From assembly GCA_051294375.1 (NCBI GenBank), contig JBJCIZ010000121.1, forward strand, positions 1-22,928: a DNA stretch of 22,928 nt. The letters run 5' to 3'. The stretch is from Paraspadella gotoi. Lineage: Eukaryota; Animalia; Chaetognatha. The notes beneath the pieces are model-generated. The model saw nothing but the letters and a program-made list of their open reading frames with translations, did not search any database and was not told the DNA's origin. Position 1 is the first letter of the stretch. Each line of letters begins with the position of its first letter. Below are positions 1-8,623 of this stretch, one piece after another. The translations under genes were made by a program, and so were the position numbers.

Positions 1-7
1 ACCTGAA

Positions 8-361
8 ATGGCTCAAGTAAAATCAATCGCCGAAATCCAGGAAGAGATCGCTCGCGATTGGGAAAAGGCAAGGAACATTAGCGATTATACCCAAAGAAAT
101 TCTATGGTGGAGGGCATCGTCTTTAGGGAGCACGAAATTCGAATCCGAAAAAAGAAAGAAGAAAAGGAAGAGAGGATGAAGATCAGCAAAGCCATCGAAG
201 CGTCAGAGATTTACAAAGACATCCAGGAATTCGAGGAGCGTCGAAAATTAGCGATGGACGCAAAACGAAGGAGACCAAATCTCGGCGAGATTTACGACGA
301 GATCGAGAAACGGGCAAAGAAATTGCAAGATGAAGCAAAAGAACGTTTAATGAGAATCTAA
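8..361 (+). CDS. Accessory protein, tentatively family alpha (117 aa, charged helical), copy A
   Basis: ATG ORF; 101/117 aa identical to 18612-18965 by manual alignment, with many synonymous changes. Confidence 0.85.
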   Translation: MAQVKSIAEIQEEIARDWEKARNISDYTQRNSMVEGIVFREHEIRIRKKKEEKEERMKISKAIEASEIYKDIQEFEERRKLAMDAKRRRPNLGEIYDEIEKRAKKLQDEAKERLMRI

Positions 362-430
362 ATAAACTCACCTTTATAATTTCATCCCAAACTGATAATC
401 AGTATTAATTTACTTACCTTCGAATTCAGG

Positions 431-733
431 ATGTTGACTGAACTTGAATATTGCAAACGAGAAATGAGACTTTATGCTAGTTACCTGGTCCCAGAGTCCC
501 TGGAAGGAGCTCTAGAAGAATTGAGAAACAGCGAAAGAGAACTCGCTTGGGAGGATCAGGAAATCGAAAGAGGCATGAAAGGAGAAAAGACGAAGCGGGA
601 CATCGAATGCCATAAAGGCAGAGCAGAGTATTTACGAGATCGCATTGAGATGTTGAGAAAATGGCCAGATATTCTAAAGTTGGAAGGAAAAATATTCGCA
701 AACAGAGACTACAAGATACCTGAGTATTGTTAA
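431..733 (+). CDS. Accessory protein family beta (100 aa), copy A
   Basis: Counterpart of 19041-19343 (REMRLYA.YL.P.SLE.AL ... IEMLRKWPDIL..EGKIF ... IPEYC). Preceded by ACTTACCT (412) and TTCAG acceptor. Confidence 0.85.
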   Translation: MLTELEYCKREMRLYASYLVPESLEGALEELRNSERELAWEDQEIERGMKGEKTKRDIECHKGRAEYLRDRIEMLRKWPDILKLEGKIFANRDYKIPEYC

Positions 734-778
734 ATGTCGAAGTTTATTTACTCCTATTTGAATTTCAGTTTCATCAGC

Positions 779-1042
779 ATGTCTGAAGTGAGAAGAAACT
801 TCAAAAAATATGCCAGGGAGAACGCTATATTTTGGTTGCCAACCAACCTCGAAGATGCCCTGGACGAGATTGGCAAGAGAGAAAACAATCTAATACGGAG
901 GATCCAGGAATACGGAATCCACGGCGCAGACGAACGCGAGTTCAGGACGATCGCGCAGCTTACCAGATAGGCAGAAATCCTAGAGGAGCAAAGGGAAATA
1001 TTTTCATTGGAAACAAAGGCTGTAATGAATTTGCATCTCTAA
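779..1042 (+). pseudogene. Accessory protein family beta, copy A, with premature TAG
   Basis: MSEVRRNFKKYARENAIFWLPT matches 19397-19657. TAG at 968-970 replaces TGG (Trp), and homology continues in frame (AEILEEQREIFSLETK) to TAA at 1040-1042. Confidence 0.8.
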
Positions 1043-1115
1043 CGGACCTACCTTTCCTTTTCGAATTTCTTATCAATTTGTTGCATTTAATAATCAACTT
1101 ACCCTTTAGCTAAAG

Positions 1116-1448
1116 ATGAATATCGAGGCGTTAAACAAAATTTGCGACCAGCTAAACAAAGACTGGACGGAACTAAATCAAAAACCTTGGAGTCAAGAGA
1201 AGATCAAATTGATCATCGACCTAATGGACGGAGAAGATGCCCTACGGAATCAAAGAAAAGAAGAAATCAGGAAACAAGTCCCGCGAACTCTTCTGGAAAT
1301 CAAGAAAGAAGCGGAAAGATCAAGAAATCTCATGCGGATGATCGGAAGGGCGTTAGAGGTTAAGCCAGAAAATGCAAGCATCTATCTTCAATTTCTCAAA
1401 GCAGAAATGAGAAAAATGGAGAAACTGGAAGAGGAAAATGCATCTTAA
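1116..1448 (+). CDS. Accessory protein, tentatively family alpha (110 aa), copy A
   Basis: Counterpart of 19721-20056 (PWSQ, EEIRKQVPRT, AL.VKP.NA.IYLQF). Confidence 0.85.
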   Translation: MNIEALNKICDQLNKDWTELNQKPWSQEKIKLIIDLMDGEDALRNQRKEEIRKQVPRTLLEIKKEAERSRNLMRMIGRALEVKPENASIYLQFLKAEMRKMEKLEEENAS

Positions 1449-1539
1449 TAATTATGATCATTTCTTCATTATTATTGAACCTCACATTTTTTGTTGATAT
1501 TTACATTACCTGTTCCTTTATTAAGCTCATCGATAAGCA

Positions 1540-1884
1540 ATGGAGGAAAACCTTGACCATTGGATTCGTGGTCATAGTCAATTGACCTATATCATGAAGA
1601 CCCGAATGTTGCAAGGAATCACTTTAAGGATGCCGAACTCTGCTGAAGAATCCTTCGAGCAAATCGAAGCTAACCGGTCGGAGATGGCAAGAAGCAGAAT
1701 CGCCATAGGAAATAAACTTACCGAAAATCCACAGGCGGACGTCGAAAATGAAAAGAAAAGAATTCGATTCCTCAACGGCGAAAATACAAACCTGATCCTT
1801 TGGGCAAAGTTAAAGTTGAGGCGAGGAGATTTGTTCGCGGAAAAAACTTTAACTGAAATCGTTGTGAGATTTCACGAAAATTGA
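1540..1884 (+). CDS. Accessory protein family beta (114 aa), copy A
   Basis: Counterpart of 20171-20521 (DHWIRGH.QLTYIMK.RM, RMP.SAEESFEQ, ENTNL.LW.K). Confidence 0.85.
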   Translation: MEENLDHWIRGHSQLTYIMKTRMLQGITLRMPNSAEESFEQIEANRSEMARSRIAIGNKLTENPQADVENEKKRIRFLNGENTNLILWAKLKLRRGDLFAEKTLTEIVVRFHEN

Positions 1885-2136
1885 TATTTCATTGCATTGT
1901 TTGGCTCACAATTATTTGTCATTGGGTTTATTAATAAAATCATTGGTTGAATAGTTAATTGTCCATGTTCAAAACTTACCTTAACAGGGTATCTTTCCAA
2001 TAATCGCGACCGCGATAAAATTAAATTATTCCGAGACTATTTACGAATCTGAACTTTCAATACAAGTGTGACGGAGCAAAGTTCCAGGGGACTCGACGCA
2101 TCCGCATCTTTGAGTTCAAAAGACAACAAATTCAAG

Positions 2137-3507
2137 ATGCTCAACTCGCGCAACGTCATGTGGGCAACGACGAGCTTCTAAACCTTTCCCTCGACGTTCC
2201 CGGCGAAGACTACGCTTCCATCTTCTCGTCGACCTCTCTCTTCGAAGCTCAAAGTTGTGCGAATCCGGACGACGTAGCGGGTTTTAATCGGAGAGACCCG
2301 CTAAATCTCAACACCCCTCCAAATCCCGACCCCCTCGCTAACTCAAGTATCCCTCCAAGGAACAGCACGCCCATCCCTCCCCTTATAGAGTTTCCAGAGG
2401 TATACAAATTGGTACTTGATTAGGATCATTGTGTCAATGTTTATTTATACTCACCTTTGGTAACGTTTACAGTCAAATCTTCAGCGTCAAGCGCCGGATG
2501 ATGCGCTCAACGACTCGACATCAAGCGACGGGACGTTACCTTATGACGTCCCACCCACTCCGAAGACTCCACCCAACTTACCCACGACGTTATTCGACCC
2601 TCCAGCCCGCAAGTTGCCGCCGATCCCGATGCGAAACGGCGCGATCGACACGTCGCAGTGTAACAATAATTTAAGCCTCCTCGCTTACAACAACGACAAA
2701 ATTCCTTTCATCGTCGGGACGACCGACGAATGGAAGTTTCGCAACGATGTTCCACTTACCGGGAAAATAGGGAAGTGGATCAAAACATGCCGTCGAAACT
2801 GGCGAAGGGTAGCGAAGAAGCGAGGAATTGATTACGCCAAATTCGTTTTTGATAACTTTGGACTCATCGTCAACTCCAGTGACGATCACTTACCTTATAA
2901 TGGCGACAAGAATCCGGCGGTGACGAAAAGGAAAGTCGTCTTTAAGAAACCAGCACCGTCGGCGTCCTCATTGTCCATCGTCGAAACGGCGCAGCCCGAG
3001 GTGCCGCTTGCTTCTTCGTCCCTCATCGACGCCTCGACGGACGCGAAGAAAGCGCGGAGCGACGAAGTTCGTCGCCTCCTCGCGGAAAAGGAAACGCTCA
3101 AACTCGAACGCGACAAATTCAAAGCCCGCGCAGCGAAGCTGGAAGAAGAGCTGGCTCAAGAGAAGAAGCTTCGAGAAAAGGATCGCGATCGATTTGAAGA
3201 CAAGATCCAGAAGATAAGGGAAGACTCCGACAAGCGTATTGATCGGCTGACGGAGACGCATCTCCATGAGATAAAGAGCTGGCGGGAAGCCCTCTGCACT
3301 CCGCGTCATTCTTCGAAGCCTCACCCGACTCAAGACAATAAAGAAAAGCAACGTGAGTCTCCAAAGATGAGTGTGCATAGCGAGCCGTTTAAAGTCGCGA
3401 ACACTCGTCCCCACCTACCTTCATTTGATCCCCCTCCCCATCTCCAGCACTTGACAAAAGCCCCTCGTCAGTCCCCACCTCCTCATAAAAAATACAAAAG
3501 GCATTAA
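2137..3507 (+). pseudogene. Two-exon Pro-rich/basic/coiled-coil protein, copy A (exon 1 2137-2399, intron 2400-2472, exon 2 2473-3507), with an apparent 1-nt deletion near 2164
   Basis: ATG CTC AAC TCG CGC matches MLNSR of 20832. The GAG|GTATAC...TTTACAG phase-0 intron joins the 2160 and 2614 ORFs in frame. Near the start, ATG TGG GC AAC GAC is one base short relative to ATG TGG AGT AAT GAC in copy B. Confidence 0.75.
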
Positions 3508-4062
3508 CTATACTCGCCTTGTATATATCTACACTTACCTTTATTCAACTCCCATCTCTATTTCCAACTTCTGACGAATTTCCCCGTCGATTCTCATTTC
3601 ATTGTCAAAACCCAAGAAATAATTAATTACTCACCTTTATATTTGCATTCTATGAATTTATATTTATTATACCGTCAGTCTGATCTTGTATCATAAACAA
3701 TCAAATTTATTCGACTGGCATTTAATACGAATATCTGTTACTTTCACGCAATATTACTCACTTACCTATTACAGTTCTTATTAAAGTTCACTCACCTATC
3801 GTCCAGAATTGTAATGGATTCATTCAATATTTATCATTTAAATTATGTTTACTGCCTCATACTTACCATTCCGTTGGAAATTCTTTAATATTAATTATGT
3901 ACGTATAATATAATAACAATGATGAAATGATGACCTTACCTGTTCCCTTCGCTAAAATAAAAAAGAATTGGACAACGTAATAAGTGTATAATTATAATTT
4001 CAAAAAAAGAAAGGATAGTCGAGAAAAAGCTGTTAGACATTTCGAATTAGTTTACCCCTCAC

Positions 4063-4075
4063 AAAGGGGGGAGAA
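4063..4075 (+). promoter_or_regulatory. Polypurine tract (PPT) of copy A
   Basis: AAAGGGGGGAGAA immediately followed by TG; conserved at 22752-22760. Confidence 0.75.
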
Positions 4076-5100
4076 TGAGATCCCTTTTTTGGAGAAAAAC
4101 TAATCAATCTTGAGTAAACAAGTCTTTTCAAGTCACATAATTTGTGCGGAGATAAACATGATTCGATCTGCAACCGCCAAGACGAGTTTCCATGGCAACC
4201 GGGCTAGTTAAAGGTTCCTGATTCAGCAGTGGAAAGGTTGACGGTGGGAGTGAACCAGTACAAAGACCGCTGACGAATCACCGACGGATCTGCAGATGGG
4301 ATCGCCGACGGGCTCGCAGATGGGATCACCGACGGATCGCAGATGGGACCGCAGATGGGATCGCGGACGGGCTCGCAGATGGAAGTATCGACGATGGTTG
4401 GGAATTTGCAGCCACGAAAGGGGGGAGTCAATGCAGCATCGCCGTATCGGGGAATGCAGCCTTTTGGACGGGGGGAGGAAAAAGGAGAAACGATAAACTT
4501 ACCTTCAAGATGACGCAGTTTGAAATGATTTAGATGTATCACTATGTCTGCGCCTTTCTTTAATTGGCAACCTTGACATACGAGTATTTACAATGTTCCC
4601 AAGGTGGGAGTGTAACAATGGGCGCTAACATAGTGGTACGAGTGGTGAATGAGATGGAACCGATGATCATCTGTTTCCAAATCTTCCCTTACTTTCGCCC
4701 CCTACCGTTCTTGGTTCCAGCTCATTCTCCAATGGAAGGCTGAATCGTAAACATCGAAAATAATAATTTTCTACTATTTTACAAAAATGTAAATATTTAA
4801 TTAAATATTATTATTATCTAATTATTATAACTTAAGAATTAATTAATAAATTAATTCTTCCTTCCATTCTAGGTTTGAACATTCATTCCTTGTTATTTTT
4901 GGAATTCGCGAAAATGAACTCGTCTTCTAAAATAACTGGATAGTTCTACATTAAGTGAATTATATTTAGGTATTATTAGTTTAGACTAGTTAATTTTACA
5001 TTCGAAACATTTTTTCGTAAATTTTAGTTAATTAGTTAAAATTAATTTAAGGATTAAATTTAGGATTTTTATAATTTATAATGTAAAACTAACAAAAGGT
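4076..5100 (+). repeat. LTR between copy A and the gag-pol unit (start supported, end approximate; may include leader)
   Basis: Begins TGAGATCCCTTT after the PPT; 4076-4248 is homologous but diverged relative to 22761-22928. The 3' CA end and PBS were not identified. Confidence 0.55.
4277..4382 (+). repeat. About 24-bp tandem repeat in the LTR (about 4.5 units)
   Basis: Units ATCACCGACGGATCTGCAGATGGG / ATCGCCGACGGGCTCGCAGATGGG / ATCACCGACGGATCGCAGATGGG / ACCGCAGATGGG / ATCGCGGACGGGCTCGCAGATGG. Confidence 0.9.
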
Positions 5101-5385
5101 AAACTTTCTTCGATAGTGGCTCTGCCACGAAATATCGGAGGAAGTACAAAGGAACCGCGGCGCGGAATTTAACCCGTCGCGGGCAAACTTCGCCAGTTGG
5201 GGACCTTTACTCACGGACGAAGTAGTCAGGGAAGAAACTGAGCGTACAAAAATCTGAATTTTCCCCCTTTCAGATTAAAAAACCCTCGGTAAAAAAAATT
5301 ACGGAAATCGAAAATATTTAAGCTAAGCTAATTCCTTCGCGGCGCTTCGCTTCGCTTCCAACGGATTTTCCCAAGGTTAGAGACT

Positions 5386-7179
5386 ATGGATAGTTTCACT
5401 GAAGATAGGGAGAATATCTCTGAGAGGGAATTTAGACATTTTTTGAGTGAATTTAGACAAGTCTTAGACAAATTTAGTTCGAATTACCAAGTATATTTAT
5501 CTAGTCAAACCTCAGCGAACTTACGCGAAACGCTAAAAACGCGTGAAAACCTCGTTGATCTCGTTCGGGATCTGTCGGGCGGGCTCCAAAACCGTCCAGA
5601 CTTAAAAACGGGGCGCGCGGAAAGTCTTTTGCGTGAGGCTGAGGACGTATTATTACGTTGTCCAAATATTGATATTTCTGGGGAGGGTGACCCCGGGCCC
5701 GATGAAACGAGTGTCTGCGATAAACGAGTTGGACCGCTTGACGTTGCTTCTGATTTCGTGCCGGTTCCCGTAACCGACCAGGTCCCCGTAACTAATTCGA
5801 TTCACGTTGCTGACCCCGTTCCTGTAACTAGTTCAACCCCCGCAATTTGTTCGGTTCCCGTAACTAATCCCGTTCCGGTGAGCGTGCACGCCGTCGCGTT
5901 AGTAGATGAAAATAATTCTATCACTCCTCTCGTCCGCCCCGAACCCAATCCATTCCCTCCCCCTGCCCGTGTATCCAGATGGGTCGAGGAGACAGCCGCG
6001 CGTCACAGTAGAGCCACGTCCGCCGACTCTTCAGAAAACCCACGAGCTGAAGACGATCGCCGATCAGGAACGACGTCCTCCGAATCTGGCGCCTCCAAAA
6101 CGTCGCGAGAAGCGCAGCGGGAGAAACTGATCAAGAAAGGTAAGGTCGAGGACCGCCTGCGTAACTTCCGTCGGAAGCTCGAACGTATGGAGCACGAGCA
6201 AAGTCGAAAATTGATTGAACTAAACGAGGCTCGTGATGAAATGGAAAGGATGGAAAGGGAAGCGGAAATAGAGAAAATAGATATTGAAACGCAATATGAA
6301 GAAAACGTTGAAATTCTAGAATTAAACCTCTCTCTAATTAGGAACGACGCGGAACCCAGGAGACGCGAAAGGGTCATACAAACAACGAGGGGACCCGTTT
6401 CCATGGCGACGCCTTCACTTCCCGTCAGGCCGGCTGACCCAAGTCGAATAAAGAATCGACACAAGGAGAATCAGTCACAACCCGTTGCCATGGTCACGAC
6501 GACGCGGCCTAGCCCGGAATCGGCGGAAAACTACCCCTTGAAGAATCGACGCGAGGCCGTTACTACGGTTACGGCGTCGTCCAACGCGCCCCGAATCGCG
6601 ACCAGGGATCCAGCTTGTGCGAATGTCGTCGCGTCGGAGACGCCGGCGTCAAAAACGCCGGGCCCAGCGGTCCTCCAAAGTGTCGGGCAGTCACAGCAGG
6701 AGCCGTTTATTCAAAATTCCAACGTTATGCCTGTAATTTATGATGTCGATCCGCGTATTGCCGTGCCCAGTTCCTCTACCGTTTTGCGAGAATTACAAAT
6801 TGAGAATCGTGTGTCAAACAGTCATTTAAATGAAAATTTCGTAGTGCAAACTAGCGCCCCTATAAATCCGGCAGCTACTACCCCGTTAACGTCTGTTACG
6901 AATTCTCCGGCGTTTGCAATTCCTGCCGCGTCAATTCAACCGGTTGTTGCTCCCTCTGTACCTTGTTTTAAGCAGCAGGAAAATATTCTGTCAGCGATTC
7001 AAACGGCTATTGCACAAGCCATTGCGCCTTTATTTACGGCTCAAAATGTTACGTCGCCGATCGTAGTAGCCCCGACAACGTCGTCGTCGTTGGCGTCCCC
7101 GTCACCGGTTCCCTCTGTTCCATCTCCGACGACGCCGGTTACGATTTCAACACCAACTTCAGCGTCTCCGCCCGTTTGA
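5386..7179 (+). CDS. gag: ORF1 / N-terminal part of Gag (helical N-terminus, PVPV repeats, E/R-rich coiled coil, long Ser/Thr/Pro-rich tail)
   Basis: 597-aa ATG ORF, first after the LTR and directly upstream of the gag core. The coiled-coil plus low-complexity layout resembles BEL/Pao Gag N-termini, but no diagnostic motif is visible. Confidence 0.65.
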   Translation: MDSFTEDRENISEREFRHFLSEFRQVLDKFSSNYQVYLSSQTSANLRETLKTRENLVDLVRDLSGGLQNRPDLKTGRAESLLREAEDVLLRCPNIDISGEGDPGPDETSVCDKRVGPLDVASDFVPVPVTDQVPVTNSIHVADPVPVTSSTPAICSVPVTNPVPVSVHAVALVDENNSITPLVRPEPNPFPPPARVSRWVEETAARHSRATSADSSENPRAEDDRRSGTTSSESGASKTSREAQREKLIKKGKVEDRLRNFRRKLERMEHEQSRKLIELNEARDEMERMEREAEIEKIDIETQYEENVEILELNLSLIRNDAEPRRRERVIQTTRGPVSMATPSLPVRPADPSRIKNRHKENQSQPVAMVTTTRPSPESAENYPLKNRREAVTTVTASSNAPRIATRDPACANVVASETPASKTPGPAVLQSVGQSQQEPFIQNSNVMPVIYDVDPRIAVPSSSTVLRELQIENRVSNSHLNENFVVQTSAPINPAATTPLTSVTNSPAFAIPAASIQPVVAPSVPCFKQQENILSAIQTAIAQAIAPLFTAQNVTSPIVVAPTTSSSLASPSPVPSVPSPTTPVTISTPTSASPPV

Positions 7180-7363
7180 ACTTCGAAACGGGTGGACTGA
7201 CGACTCGAAAACTTGGTGGGCTCTTCGACACCTGACCATCCTCCCCACACCGAGCGTCGAATCAGCTGGAAATCAGGGTTTTGATAGAAAACAAATAAAA
7301 CCAAAACAAACCGTATTAATAATGATTATACTCTCAAGTGATCGATGAGAATCCTTGTTCTGA

Positions 7364-8533
7364 CAATACACATGCGCGTCGGCTCCGAATCGCAGCAAAT
7401 CGCCCGAAGAATGGTCATTGGCACAATTATGTGCCATCCAACTTCAGCAACAGGCCTTTTCTTTGATGAGACAGAAGAGACCGAAACTCAAATTTTCTGG
7501 ACGGGACCGTCGTGTCGATTTCGACAATCAGCTTGCTCTCTTTAACACTCTTTATAGTATCCCAGGAATAACCAATGAGATGCTGGTAGGAGAACTACGG
7601 GAGTACTTCGCAGGTGATGCTCTCATAATCATCCAACAGTATGAATTGGGGAGTGATTATGCTAGGTCGCTAAAAAAGATTAAAAAGGCGCTAAAGGTTC
7701 AATTTGGTAGGAAAGCTTATACAGCGAGACACCTATTAGACAATTTATTAAAAGGTGCGAAAATTAATAGCCGAGATTCGGCGGGTTTAAAAACGTTTAT
7801 TTTAGAATTAGAAAAAATCTATCTGCGAGCGAAGGAGACAAATAGAGAAAAGACGTTCGCAACCCAAGAGATTTACACTGAGATTTTGTCGAAAAAGGCC
7901 CCACATTTGGGAAATGCATGGGCTAAAAGAGCCATAAAAAAGAAAATGGAATGGTTAGAGAGAGAAACTGATGATGAAGACGATGAATGTGACCTTGACC
8001 CTACCTTTGAAACGTTTATCAAATTTCTCAAGTATACGGCCGAAATATCTGAAATGGGTTCCATTTACTCAGGATTCGGCGCTCCGAGCGAAGGCAAAAC
8101 GCCAAACGCGGGACCAACGGCGACGTCAACCCCAAAGCCGCATCGAAAATCATTCCAAGTTCGATTTGCAGCTGTCGCGGCAAAACCAACGAGATCCGGG
8201 CAGATGTCAAAAAGCCAGAGCAACTCGTCCATGAACACTACGCCGAAATTTCCCCATCCGAACGCCAACCCGACGACGCATGCCCCAAGAACCCCGTCGA
8301 CGACCATATGCTACATGTGCAGTGCGAACCACCGGCTGGAGGCTTGTAGGAAATATATCAATCTCGGAATCGAAAAAAGGTGGGATTTTATCAAAAAAAA
8401 CAGTCTATGCCATGTTTGCCTAAGGCGTGGCCATGTTACAAAGGACTGTAAGAGCCTATTAGGTTGCCGAAAGTGCGCCGGTAGGCATCATGTCTCTGTC
8501 CACCCAGAGACGCCGGCGGCGAACTCATCTTGA
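7364..8533 (+). CDS. gag: Gag core with three zinc knuckles (open frame; start codon not defined)
   Basis: Frame open from 7364. KLKFSG...F capsid-like start; CYMCSANHRLEAC, CHVCLRRGHVTKDC, CRKCAGRHHVSVH match the CX2CX3HX4C / CX2CX4HX4C / CX2CX3HX4H triple typical of BEL/Pao. Confidence 0.92.
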   Translation, partial: QYTCASAPNRSKSPEEWSLAQLCAIQLQQQAFSLMRQKRPKLKFSGRDRRVDFDNQLALFNTLYSIPGITNEMLVGELREYFAGDALIIIQQYELGSDYARSLKKIKKALKVQFGRKAYTARHLLDNLLKGAKINSRDSAGLKTFILELEKIYLRAKETNREKTFATQEIYTEILSKKAPHLGNAWAKRAIKKKMEWLERETDDEDDECDLDPTFETFIKFLKYTAEISEMGSIYSGFGAPSEGKTPNAGPTATSTPKPHRKSFQVRFAAVAAKPTRSGQMSKSQSNSSMNTTPKFPHPNANPTTHAPRTPSTTICYMCSANHRLEACRKYINLGIEKRWDFIKKNSLCHVCLRRGHVTKDCKSLLGCRKCAGRHHVSVHPETPAANSS

Positions 8534-8623
8534 CTTGCAGCCGCGTACGCCGTCACAGGGACATTCCGTCCCATCGTTCCCGTTATTATCGCAAACGGAA
8601 ACAAAACGGTGACGACGTACGCG
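8531..8623 (+). promoter_or_regulatory. Candidate stop-codon readthrough signal (UGA-C, 8-nt spacer, long stem)
   Basis: TGA 8531-8533; CGCGTACGCCGTCAC (8542-8556) pairs 14/15 with GTGACGACGTACGCG (8609-8623), enclosing two small hairpins. Confidence 0.65.

Larger units (their letters stand above)
1..4075 (+). mobile_element. 3' internal part (accessory gene array and PPT) of an upstream, diverged copy (copy A) of the same BEL/Pao element family
   Basis: Colinear homology with 18605-22760: the same six genes in the same order, conserved 3' noncoding blocks, and the same PPT/LTR junction (GGGGGAGAA|TGAGATCCCTTT). Truncated by the window start. Confidence 0.85.

Noticed and set aside
4760-5100. 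AT-rich quasi-palindromic stretch as a MITE or terminator
   Set aside because: Low-complexity A/T sequence without defined terminal inverted repeats or TSD.
4625-5130. Primer binding site candidates (AACA-TAG-TGGTACGAG near 4634; TAG-TGGCTCTGCC near 5117)
   Set aside because: I could not match either to a tRNA 3' end with confidence, and the second LTR is truncated, so the LTR end cannot be fixed.
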